Positions 40,850 through 51,145 of a DNA stretch of 64,000 bases are shown one piece after another. The position numbers were made by a program, and so were the translations under genes. The notes beneath the pieces are model-generated. The model did not search any database, was not told the origin of the DNA, and worked only from the letters and a program-made list of their open reading frames with translations. The stretch lies in NCBI GenBank assembly GCA_965208615.1, contig CBDBPB010000004.1:1-64000 (forward strand), in the 5' to 3' direction. Origin of the DNA: Spirochaetota bacterium. Its GTDB lineage: Bacteria > Spirochaetota > UBA6919 > CBDBPB01. Position 1 is the first letter of the stretch; every line of letters begins with the position of its first letter.

Positions 40850-42577
40850 ATGAAAAGAATATTAGGTATTGACTTAGGTACTACTAACTCCGTTATGGCC
40901 ATAATGGAAAATGATAAACCTATGGTAGTCCCCAATAAAAGAGGACTAAGAGTAACTCCCTCTGTTGTAGCTTATAACAAAGAGTGGGAAGTTATGATAG
41001 GACAAATAGCTAAAAACCAATCCATAATAAATGCGGAAAGAACTATTAATTCAATTAAACGTAAGATGGGTTCTAATACTAAAATACAAATTGCTAGTAG
41101 AATATTTACTCCACAGGAAATATCTGCAGAAATCCTATCCAAGCTCAAAGAAGATGCAGAAGACTATTTAGGTGAAAAAATTACTAAAACTATTATAACA
41201 GTACCAGCCTACTTTAATGATAATCAGCGTCAGGCAACTAAAGAAGCTGGAATTATTGCAGGACTAGAAGTAGTTAGAATCATTAATGAACCTACTGCTG
41301 CTGCCCTTGCATACGGCTTTGGCAAAAATGAAAACCAAACTATCCTAATATATGATCTCGGTGGTGGAACTTTTGATGTATCCATCTTAGAAATTGGAGA
41401 CGGCGTTTTTGAAGTAAAAGCTACCAATGGTAATAATAAACTAGGTGGTGATGACTTTGATAGACTACTACTAGAGCTTGTTCTAAAAAAATATCGCCAA
41501 AATAGTGGTATAGATTTATCACTAGATGCTATGGCTATTCAAAAACTAAAAGAAGAAATAGAAAAAATTAAAATTAATCTATCAGAAACTGAAACTTCGG
41601 AGTTAAATATACCATTTATATCCGCAAATGAAAACGGTCCACAACATATAAACTTTGAAATAAGAAGATCAGACTTCGAAGAACTTATTCAGGAATATAT
41701 AGAAGAAACTTTATCCGCTACAGAAAAAGCTATCCAAGACGCAAACCTAACTAAAAATAATATTGATAAAGTAATACTAGTAGGAGGATCTACTAAAATA
41801 CCCTTTGTACAACAGGAAGTATCAAAACTTATGGGTAAGGAAATTACTAAAGGGATTAACCCTGATGAATGCGTTGCTATAGGTGCCGCTATACAGGCTA
41901 GCATATTAAGTGGTAATAAAAAAGGAATGGTGCTCGTTGATATAACACCTCTATCATTAGGAATAGAAATCGAAGGAGGTGTCTTTATACCAATTATTGA
42001 TAGAAACTCTCCTATACCAATTACTGAAAATAAACTATTTACCACTATATCCGACTTTCAGAAAAACGTCGAAATTAATATATATCAAGGTGAACGAATA
42101 CGGTGCATTGATAATATTCCCCTTGGTAGATTCCAACTTGAAAGCATAAGACCTGCCAAAAAAGGCGATCCCAGAATAGAAGTTACATTCTCAATTAACG
42201 TAGACGGCATATTAGAGGTAAAAGCTAAAGATTTGGATACATCTAATTATCACAAAATTAAAATTACTAATCCCAATACACTTAACGAAAAAGAAATTAA
42301 TAAAATTATCGAAAATGCACAAATAAATAAAGATAAAGATAAACAGTATATTGAAAAAGAAAAAATAAAAGAAAAATTCGAAACTGAGTATCAAAAACTT
42401 AAAACTCTATATCAACAAAATATAGATAAAATAGATAGCACCTTAGTTAAAGAAACTAGAGCTTTAATTAAAAATGTTGAAAAGAAATCTAAAAACTTAA
42501 ATACTAATCAGTACAATGAACTAATTGATAGTATAGAATTTATAAACGGAGAACTTAAAGCCGTATGTACTGAATAA
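40850..42577 (+). CDS. dnaK: Hsp70 (DnaK-like paralogue)
   Basis: GIDLGTTNS, TVPAYFND, NEPTAAA, DLGGGTFDVS, LVGGST, DITPLSLGIE; 575 aa with short C-terminus. Confidence 0.9.
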   Translation: MKRILGIDLGTTNSVMAIMENDKPMVVPNKRGLRVTPSVVAYNKEWEVMIGQIAKNQSIINAERTINSIKRKMGSNTKIQIASRIFTPQEISAEILSKLKEDAEDYLGEKITKTIITVPAYFNDNQRQATKEAGIIAGLEVVRIINEPTAAALAYGFGKNENQTILIYDLGGGTFDVSILEIGDGVFEVKATNGNNKLGGDDFDRLLLELVLKKYRQNSGIDLSLDAMAIQKLKEEIEKIKINLSETETSELNIPFISANENGPQHINFEIRRSDFEELIQEYIEETLSATEKAIQDANLTKNNIDKVILVGGSTKIPFVQQEVSKLMGKEITKGINPDECVAIGAAIQASILSGNKKGMVLVDITPLSLGIEIEGGVFIPIIDRNSPIPITENKLFTTISDFQKNVEINIYQGERIRCIDNIPLGRFQLESIRPAKKGDPRIEVTFSINVDGILEVKAKDLDTSNYHKIKITNPNTLNEKEINKIIENAQINKDKDKQYIEKEKIKEKFETEYQKLKTLYQQNIDKIDSTLVKETRALIKNVEKKSKNLNTNQYNELIDSIEFINGELKAVCTE

Positions 42578-42602
42578 TAATATAATGAGAGTGTAAAGTC
42601 TT

Positions 42603-43454
42603 ATGTTACAAAAGAATACATTAACTTATTATCAAATACTAAAAATAGATGAATTGGCCTCCAATGAAGAAATAAAAAAAGCATATAGACAACTAATGCT
42701 TCAATATCACCCCGATGTTGCTAAAACACCTCTGGCAAGTGAACAATTTGAAAAAGTAGTACAGGCCTATAAAGTATTAAGTAATTCTGAAGAAAGATCA
42801 AAATATGACAAAAATAAACATGCTAAATTTGTCAAAAATACTATCTCAACCCTAAAACCGCGTAATATAAATTATAAAAACTTTAGAACATCAATATCAA
42901 AGAAATTAAAACTAAAAAACCTCATCAACATATTAAAAATAAATAAAAGTCTAAAAGAAGATAAAAACTTCTTTGTAGTCCCAGAAGAAATATTAAACCT
43001 ACATCCAAAAGATCTAAAATTACGATTTTTAGAAAGCTCTAATAAATACGTTAGAGCAGAAGCATTAAAATCTCTAGTTATTAACTGCGGAACACGTTGC
43101 TATAAACTTATTGAAGCAGGATTTCATGACCAAAGTAAAGAGGTTAAAGAAGTAGCAGTTCATGCAATTGGAAAACTGAAAATTAGACAAGGTGTACTAC
43201 ACCTGGCTAACTTATATAAAACTAGTGGACCGCATATGCGAAAAACTATTATTAAATGCCTTGCTCTAATTAATACTAAAAAATCCAATGACCTTGTTGC
43301 ACACTCTTGCTTTGATAGAAACGAATCAGTACAACTTGAGGCATTAAAAATTATTAAAAATACCAAACTATATGAATATCTACCAAAAATTAAAAGTCTT
43401 ATCCATCACCAAAATAAGGATATACATTTATTGATAAAATCTATGTTAAAGTAA
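42603..43454 (+). CDS. J-domain protein with C-terminal HEAT-like repeats
   Basis: YYQIL..IKKAYR..YHPD..YKVLS..YD; repeats such as YVRAEALKSL, EVKEVAVHAIGKL, SVQLEALKII. Confidence 0.85.
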   Translation: MLQKNTLTYYQILKIDELASNEEIKKAYRQLMLQYHPDVAKTPLASEQFEKVVQAYKVLSNSEERSKYDKNKHAKFVKNTISTLKPRNINYKNFRTSISKKLKLKNLINILKINKSLKEDKNFFVVPEEILNLHPKDLKLRFLESSNKYVRAEALKSLVINCGTRCYKLIEAGFHDQSKEVKEVAVHAIGKLKIRQGVLHLANLYKTSGPHMRKTIIKCLALINTKKSNDLVAHSCFDRNESVQLEALKIIKNTKLYEYLPKIKSLIHHQNKDIHLLIKSMLK

Positions 43455-43513
43455 GTCCTATTATAAAGCTATGTATAACCTGTTTAAGCCTTAACATCCT
43501 TAAAGCAATTTAT

Positions 43514-44146
43514 ATGATAAATAAAAATACTAAAACCTTAGCAAATATTATATATATTAAAGAAAATTATGACCTAATAAATAACCTATGTTATAATACC
43601 TTTATACAAAATAAATTAGCTGTAATACCAACAGATACTGTTTATGGAATATCAGGTAATTATTTTAATAGCAACGTTAGAAAGAAAATTATACAAATAA
43701 AAAATCGCCCTTCTAATAAAGGGTTTATAGTATTATTACCCAATATTGAAACCCTTTTAGAATTTACTAATCAACATATACCTTCTACAATAATAGATAT
43801 GTTACCTGCTCCCCTAACCCTTATTGTCAAAAATAACTTTAATAACCTATATAACGAAAAAACCATTGCAGTTAGAATCCCTAATGACCCATGGATAAAC
43901 AACTTATTAAATATTATAAAAATACCCCTAATATCTACAAGTGCTAACCTATTAGCTAAAGCAATCCCTAAAACAACAAAAGATATAATAAATAACTTCA
44001 GCGATAAAGTTGACTTAATAGTACTAAAAAAATCCAAGCCATTAACCTTGTCATCCACTATACTAGATATATCCCAAAAACCATATAGAATATTAAGACA
44101 AGGCTCCCTAAAAATAAATCTCGACCTAATAAACAATAAATCATAA
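43514..44146 (+). CDS. tsaC: Threonylcarbamoyl-AMP synthase (YrdC/TsaC)
   Basis: PTDTVYG, IKNRP, AVRIP, STSAN, SSTILD, LRQG. Confidence 0.93.
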   Translation: MINKNTKTLANIIYIKENYDLINNLCYNTFIQNKLAVIPTDTVYGISGNYFNSNVRKKIIQIKNRPSNKGFIVLLPNIETLLEFTNQHIPSTIIDMLPAPLTLIVKNNFNNLYNEKTIAVRIPNDPWINNLLNIIKIPLISTSANLLAKAIPKTTKDIINNFSDKVDLIVLKKSKPLTLSSTILDISQKPYRILRQGSLKINLDLINNKS

Positions 44147-45268
44147 TAAAGACAATATTATTTTATCCAAAAGTAGAATACCACTAATACTAGCATAAAC
44201 CCTATCACCCTCTATACAAAGAAGATCCAAATCAACATATTTGAATAGCTTACTCTCAAAAGATGAGTAATGCTCATGCCCCCGCAACTCCTTAATAGAT
44301 AAACCCTCCTTAGTACGTAAGGATAACATAATCTTCTCAGTCCAAAGAGTATTATAATCGAGCTTCTCATATGAACTAATAGGTAGTCTATTCTCATTAG
44401 TCATAAGCAAATATTTTTTAAGGTCAGAAACGTTATTCCGTCGTAAAGAATTAACAGTTCCAACAGCAGATATACCTAATCCAAAATAGTCTTTCTGCCT
44501 CCAATAGTTTAAGTTGTGTATGCTTTCTTTACCCTGCCTTGCAAAATTGGAAACTTCATAATAATGTATACCACTAGCAGATAAAACCTCATGAGTTAAT
44601 AAATATTCTTTTCTAATAAGCTCTTCATCAGGTATATTATATGCCCTACTCTCAATAATCCTCGATAACCTCCTATTTATACTAAGACTATAACAAGAAA
44701 TATGATCAGGAGAAAGCCTAATAAGTTCAGCTAAATCATTAGCATAATCAGTATAATTCTGGTTAACTAATCCAAATATAATATCAAGGTTAATATTATC
44801 AAAGCCTATCCCCCGAGCTAAATAATACTTATCTAAAATATCCCTTTTATAAGTAATACGACCCAATATCTTTAATAGCTTATCATTAAAAGTCTGACAC
44901 CCTAAACTAAGCCTATTAACTCCATAAGCTTTATAACATAAAAGCTTTTTTCTATCAATAGATTCAGGATTAACCTCTATGGTAAACTCAAAACCCTGCC
45001 TAAAAGAAAATGAATAAAATAAATGATGTAATAACTTATCAATAGCGTATAAGGGAAGTATAGATGGAGTTCCACCACCTATATATAAAGAGTGGAAAAC
45101 ACTATTAGGATATTTCCTTTTATATAAATCAATCTCCTTTATAAGAGCATTAATATACTTATCAAAAATATCCTCATCTTTATAAAGATCAACCTTTATA
45201 GAGTGAAAGTCACAATAATAACACCTAAGCTTACAAAAGGGTATATGAATATATAATCCATAAATCAC
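44141..45268 (-). CDS. hemW: Radical SAM heme chaperone HemW
   Basis: YIHIPFCKLRCYYCDF, GGGTPS, YEVSNF, HNLNYW. Confidence 0.93.
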   Translation of the reverse strand: MIYGLYIHIPFCKLRCYYCDFHSIKVDLYKDEDIFDKYINALIKEIDLYKRKYPNSVFHSLYIGGGTPSILPLYAIDKLLHHLFYSFSFRQGFEFTIEVNPESIDRKKLLCYKAYGVNRLSLGCQTFNDKLLKILGRITYKRDILDKYYLARGIGFDNINLDIIFGLVNQNYTDYANDLAELIRLSPDHISCYSLSINRRLSRIIESRAYNIPDEELIRKEYLLTHEVLSASGIHYYEVSNFARQGKESIHNLNYWRQKDYFGLGISAVGTVNSLRRNNVSDLKKYLLMTNENRLPISSYEKLDYNTLWTEKIMLSLRTKEGLSIKELRGHEHYSSFESKLFKYVDLDLLCIEGDRVYASISGILLLDKIILSLL

Positions 45269-45279
45269 ATTATATTGTC

Positions 45280-46314
45280 CTAATTAGGAGAAGTCCAAAG
45301 TCGCTCAATAGGCCAAAAAATTATAAGAGGTTTTCCTATTATATACCTTTCGTTAACAAAACCCCAAACACGACTATCATGACTACTATCCCTATTATCC
45401 CCCATCATAAAATAATAATCATCCTTAAAGTCATACGTTATAGTTTTATCTAGTTTTAGCTTAGCCATTTTATCAAGTAAAATATTACTGTAATACCTTG
45501 AAAAATTATAACTAGTAAGACTACCTAAATACTTAGCATTTACTTTAACCTTAACCATCTTATTCAATCCAGAATCAGTAATTAAACTAAACTCAGCTTT
45601 ATCCCCTTCTTTTGGAACGTATATAAATGGAATATTCTCACTAATTAAATCTTCAATTTGAACAATATGTTCAATATTAGCCATTTTAGAAGAATAAAGA
45701 AGTTCATCATTTTTTCCATAGACCTCGCCATTAGCTTTCTCAGTATAATAACGAGTATCAGAATCAGCATAAAATGAGTTACTGTTTGCCTGAGGATTAT
45801 TTATTGCTTCAATATCCTTCATAAGCTCCAAACTTATTTTCTTTGAAAGAGTTATCTGTTTTCCGTTTATTAGCAATGTCTGATCCTTAAAAGAAATAAC
45901 ATCACCTGGGAGTCCCACAGCTCTCTTTATATAATTCTTAGGATGATCATGCGTATTAGTAAGCTTAAATATACCAAAAGTAATAAGGTCTATAAGCTCA
46001 TATGCCCAACCCGGAGATCGGTAATTCGGAAAATGAAAAACTACTATATCCCCTCTATCTGGAGAAGTAAACTTAGGTAACTTCCAACCTAAAATAGGTA
46101 TTCTAACTCCATAAATAAACTTGTTTACCAAAAGCCTATCCCTTTCTATAATTGTTGGTATCATGCTACCAGTGGGGATCTCATAAGCTTCTATTATTAA
46201 TATTCTTATAATCAAGGCTATCACTACAGCAGAAAAAATAGTTTCAATATTCTCTCTTAACTTGCTTTTCTTTTTATTGGCTTTATTACTACTTATACGG
46301 TCTTTTCTAAACAT
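45280..46314 (-). CDS. lepB: Signal peptidase I
   Basis: IPTGSMIPT, YIKRAVGLPGD, MMGDNRDSSHDSRVWG; ATG 46314 preceded by GAGGG. Confidence 0.94.
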   Translation of the reverse strand: MFRKDRISSNKANKKKSKLRENIETIFSAVVIALIIRILIIEAYEIPTGSMIPTIIERDRLLVNKFIYGVRIPILGWKLPKFTSPDRGDIVVFHFPNYRSPGWAYELIDLITFGIFKLTNTHDHPKNYIKRAVGLPGDVISFKDQTLLINGKQITLSKKISLELMKDIEAINNPQANSNSFYADSDTRYYTEKANGEVYGKNDELLYSSKMANIEHIVQIEDLISENIPFIYVPKEGDKAEFSLITDSGLNKMVKVKVNAKYLGSLTSYNFSRYYSNILLDKMAKLKLDKTITYDFKDDYYFMMGDNRDSSHDSRVWGFVNERYIIGKPLIIFWPIERLWTSPN

Positions 46315-46524
46315 ATTTCCCTCAACTAAAAACAACTCTTATAGATTAAAATAATTATATTGTGATTCACTATTCTTATGGAAAGTGTTATATAGTAGTT
46401 AACTACTTTAATTTTACTTAAAAAAAACTATTCTACAATATTACTAATATTATACATAGTCTTAATAAAAGATAATCATTTTTTCAAAAGAAATCCTTTT
46501 TTCGCCTTAACTAATCTTAAAACA

Positions 46525-46821
46525 TTAGCTATCAGCATCTTCTATATCAATAAATTGAATTATATTACTAACTTCAAGAGTATTACAATTACTTTTAATA
46601 TCATCCATAGAGCTTAATATAATTTCTTTAAACTTTTTAATATCCTTATCAAATAAAAATATAGAAAGCTCTATACGAGGAAAAAAACTTTTTATATTTC
46701 CATCATTAAGCTTAAAAGATTTAATCTCTTCAAGATAAACCTCTTCGAATCCATTATTTTTTAAGCTTTCTAGTATTTTAGAAAGTTTATAAGGCTTTAT
46801 TATAGTCATAATTTTCTTCAT
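46525..46821 (-). CDS. Divergent P-II-fold protein
   Basis: MKKIMTIIKPYKL..EIKSF..SFFPRIEL aligns with P-II (MKKI.AIIKPFKL..EVKGF..DFLPKVKI), but T-, B- and C-loop motifs are absent. Confidence 0.65.
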   Translation of the reverse strand: MKKIMTIIKPYKLSKILESLKNNGFEEVYLEEIKSFKLNDGNIKSFFPRIELSIFLFDKDIKKFKEIILSSMDDIKSNCNTLEVSNIIQFIDIEDADS

Positions 46822-47108
46822 AAAAATATTATAATATAACCTATTGAAACAGTAAATAACTTTTTCTTAGTAAAAAGAAAAATATAGACCCGTTTATGTA
46901 AAATCATTAATTTTTGCTTTTAACCCAAAACTAAACAATATTTAACCTTATTTAATCTAACTAGCATAGCTTAACACACTTTACTGATTTATTAGACCAA
47001 TTTTTAACAGCGAAAATATAAGAAATGAAAAAAATATTTTTCGCTTTAAGCTATTCTAAATTTGTCGATATAACCAAGTATATTTTATTACTTTTGGAGG
47101 GAGGGTAA

Positions 47109-50100
47109 ATGGATTTTATGTCAATCCTTCACATGTTCTTGCCTTCTATTATGGCATTTATTATTATTCTATTTTTTAGAAAACATGATAAAGATAAATT
47201 TCATATATCAAAGATAAAAAGGTTTAGTGATTCTGTTCTTAATCAGCTGGCTAAGGTTGTACAGGATAAAGAAAAAGAGATACGCAACCATATTATTGGC
47301 CTAAATGATTTAATAAATGAATCAAGATCATTAAAAGAACACCTAAGAGATCAAACCACTAAGGCAGATAAAAAGTTAAGTGAACTTTGTGATAAAGATG
47401 GACTAATTGGACAAATAGATAAGCGAATAGTTGAGGTAAATCACTCATCTAATAAAATTGAACAAAGTCTAACTAGCCTACAAAATGAAAATAGCAATAT
47501 AAAACTAATTGCTAAACAAGTCAAACATATAAAATCTTTCCTAAATGAAATAGAAAATAAGCTCCCTCAAGTAGAAAAAGATGTTCTAACAAGTACAGAA
47601 AAAAAAGTTGAAAAATTAAAGGACGTATTTGAAGAAGACTTAGGCATTATTATAAAAAATAGTGAAAATAAAACTAAGCAGTTAAACCTTTATTATGAAG
47701 AAAAGTTAAACAATCTCTATTTAGACAATGAAAATAATATACAAAAAGCTAACAAAGAAATAGATAACGTAAAACAAAAAATCTATCTCTTAGAAGATGA
47801 CTTCATTGAAAAAGCTGATAATAGAATAAACCTTAGACTAGAAGAAAGTGAAAAACGTCTGGAACAATTTAAAGATAACCTAAATGAAATAGAGCAGAGT
47901 ATGTATAATATGCGGGATACTGTTACCAGTGAGTCTAATGAGCGTTATCAAGAATTCTTTTCTAAGTTAACCGATAAAACTATGGAATACAATAGCCAAA
48001 TTAAAATGTTAGACGAAAAAATGGGCTATATAGAAAGAGATTTTAAATTGACGACTGAACGATATATACAAGACGTTCACGGCCGTATTGACGGATTTTC
48101 AAACTTCTTGGATAAAATTGATAAAACTGCTCAGGATTTAGAGGATAAATTACTAAGTGAGCTGGATGAAAAAATATATTCTATAAGTGAAAATGCAAAT
48201 AGTAAAATTGAGGTTTTAAGGGATAACCTTAGGAGTGCAGAAACTCAAGTTGAAGAGTTTATGAAAGCATCATCAAATAACATAAGCGAAAATATGAAAG
48301 ACTTAACCATTGAAATAGAAAAAAAAGGCCATTCCTTAGATCAGAAAATTACTAATATAGAACTAACTGTTGCAAACATTGCTAGTAACCTGAAAAATAA
48401 GTTTAATAAAGATATTGAGTTCTTAACTAGAACCGTTGAAGATGAACGACAAAAAATACATAAAAACGCAAGTAATATAAATGTCTATTTAGACAACTTT
48501 ATGGAAAGTGAACGAGAACGTGTGTCAACAGAAATTAGTACTATTGGTTCTAAGCTGTCCGAAGAGCTTAAAGAACTAGAAAGAAATATTAGTTCACTTC
48601 ATAAAAATAAAAACGAAATAAAAAAAGAAATTGAAAAACATGCTAATACTATAAGAATAAACATGGAAAGCTTAACTAATAACCTTAAAGAAAAGGTCAC
48701 TTTAGATTTTGAAGATCTACACTACAAAATTGAGGATGAGACTAAAAACGTTAACCGAATATACGAAAATATGAAAAATAGTATAGAACATCTACATGGT
48801 GCTTCTAAGGATCGTATTCTGGCTGAATCTGAAAGTCTTAGCTCTCAAATAGAAGAAAAAAAGGACGAAATTAACCTATTCTTCGAACACAATAAATCTA
48901 TCATACAAGAAAAAAATAAAGAAATAGACTATATCACTAACAATATAAAAGACTTCTATAACTCCGAACTTGACCTGATCATTCAATCGATTAAGGCCAA
49001 TTATGAAAAAACTGAACAAGAATATATATTTAATAATACCAGAGTACTAAGAAATACTGAAAGCCAGGTTAAAGAAATTGGAAAAGAATTAAACACTATC
49101 CAAGAAAACTTTAAACTATTATCTGATAGATCACTTATAGAAGTAGAAAACCAGATTGGCGAATACAAAAAAGACTTTGTTGCTATGATGAATAACCTTG
49201 ATTCACATGTAAGAGAAAAAGAAGAAAGAATTATTCATAGAATAGACGACAAAACTAATGACCTAGGCTCTAAAGTTAATATAATCGAAGCTAAGGTAGT
49301 TGAGATAAAAGATCACGCTGTTAGAGATATGAATAAAAAGGCTGATGATATGCATATTTCTATTTCTAGATTAGAACAGAAATTTACTGAGCAGTTTGAT
49401 ATAAAGGTATCCGAATATAACAGCAGGATTAATGATATTTCTGGGCAAGTTAGCCAATTAAAGCTTTCATCGCATAAAGAATTTGAAACTACTGTTCACG
49501 GTTTTAGAAGTCGTATAGAAAAACTTGGACAAGAAATAGAAAATAAGATGGCTATTAAATTAGATAAGTCATCCTTTAATATTCAACTAAATTTTGAGAA
49601 AATAGAGTCTGAGGTAAATACCAGAGTTAAATCCTATATAGATAAAACTGAACTAAAGGTAAATAGTTTAGATGCAGAAATTAAACGAATCAAAGACTAT
49701 GACCTGGCAGTAGAAGAATTTAATCAGCGATTCGACAATGAACTACAAGGAATTAGTGAAGAGTTAATTAAACTAAAAGAAAAACTAAGTCAAGAAACTA
49801 AAGAGGAGTTTATCCACATAAACAAAGAACTCAAGCTAATCGATGAAAGAATAGAATCCTTTACACGAGATTCCAAAGTATTTAAAAAAGCTGATAAGTT
49901 TTATGATAAGCTTAAACATGAGATTCTGCTTGCTAATGACCAAGTTAAACGAATCAAAGAAGAAAAAAATTATTTTAATGATTTTGAAAAAAAGTTCAAA
50001 ACCATTATGAAAGAACGTAATACTCTTTCAACCGAGTTAACAAGAATTGAATCTAATAAAAATGAACTAAGCTATCTAAATAAACGAGTTGAGGAACTTT

Positions 50101-50856
50101 TACACGTTTCAGCTGAGGCCGAAAAAAGAGTCGCTAAACTAGATGATAATGCCTCACTATTAAATCAACTAGAAGATAGACTTTCTGAACTAAATAATAT
50201 GTATAAAAAAACTGAAGAGAGAATTGCAGAAATGGATAGTAAACATGATGCTTTTGATGAATCTGTCCAATTCTTAACAAAAGCTAAAAACTTTATCGAT
50301 AACTTAAGAAGTCAGCTAGAAACTAGCAAAAATGACTTTGAAAACTTCGATAATAAAAATAAGCAGATGAAAGAACAGCTAAAAGAGCTTGAAAAACGCT
50401 TCCGAAATACACATAATACAGAAAATAAAATTGAAAAGTTCATAGAAAAGTTCAGCCAAATGGACTCTCTTATAATGGATGTAGAAAAAAGAACTGATCA
50501 GTTGGAAATAGCAAAAAAAACGATTAGCCGAAACTGAGGAACGTTTTGAAGATATACAAGTGAATGCTGATAATAAAATATCAGAACTAGCTAACCTTGT
50601 ATCTATAAATAATGGAAATGGACAAAATCATACTTCAACAAATAATGATAGGCAAAGTAAGCCTAGTACCACCATTATGACTAACGTTGCTACTCTACAA
50701 AAAAGCATATTAGATAGCGATAATCGTCAGGAGTCTGTAATTAAGTTTTATGAAAAAGGATTCGATATCGATAGAATTAGTACACTCCTTAATCTTAGTA
50801 AGAGTGAGGTTAAACTGATTATTGACGTTGATAAGAGTAAAATCAAAAACGACTAA
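47109..50856 (+). CDS. SpiroCoCo-type membrane-anchored coiled-coil protein, split by a +1 frameshift in A8 at 50513-50520 (track ORFs 47109-50537 and 50560-50856)
   Basis: N-terminal TM, more than 1000 aa of heptads; removing one A gives ..EIAKKRLAETEERFEDIQVNADNKISEL.. in frame to a C-terminal HTH-like motif (1248 aa). Confidence 0.75.
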
Positions 50857-50891
50857 TAATATGATCTAACTTATAAACATTATTACCACTA

Positions 50892-50928
50892 AGACCGCAA
50901 ACCTTCTTATAGGTTTTGCGGTTTTTTT
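50892..50928 (+). terminator. Rho-independent terminator
   Basis: ACCGCAAACCT-loop-AGGTTTTGCGGT followed by a T-run. Confidence 0.85.
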
Positions 50929-51145
50929 ATATATTGCAATTCCTCTAGTGTAATTGTTAAAATACTTTCTAACATTTTATAACAAGAACTTTTGCTAACA
51001 AATACTTTAAAATCTAAGGCTTTCCCTAATTATTATAGAACAATCCATAAATATTATCTCTAAACTAAAAAAAAATATTATTATTTATACTAAAGAATGT
51101 TAGCGAATTAGCTATTTGCTAACAATTAATGGATAAATTAATTAT

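Noticed and set aside
51098-51124. CIRCE element
   Set aside because: Only the outer TTAGC/GCTAA match; inner bases and length (23 versus 27 nt) are wrong, and it is not upstream of a chaperone gene
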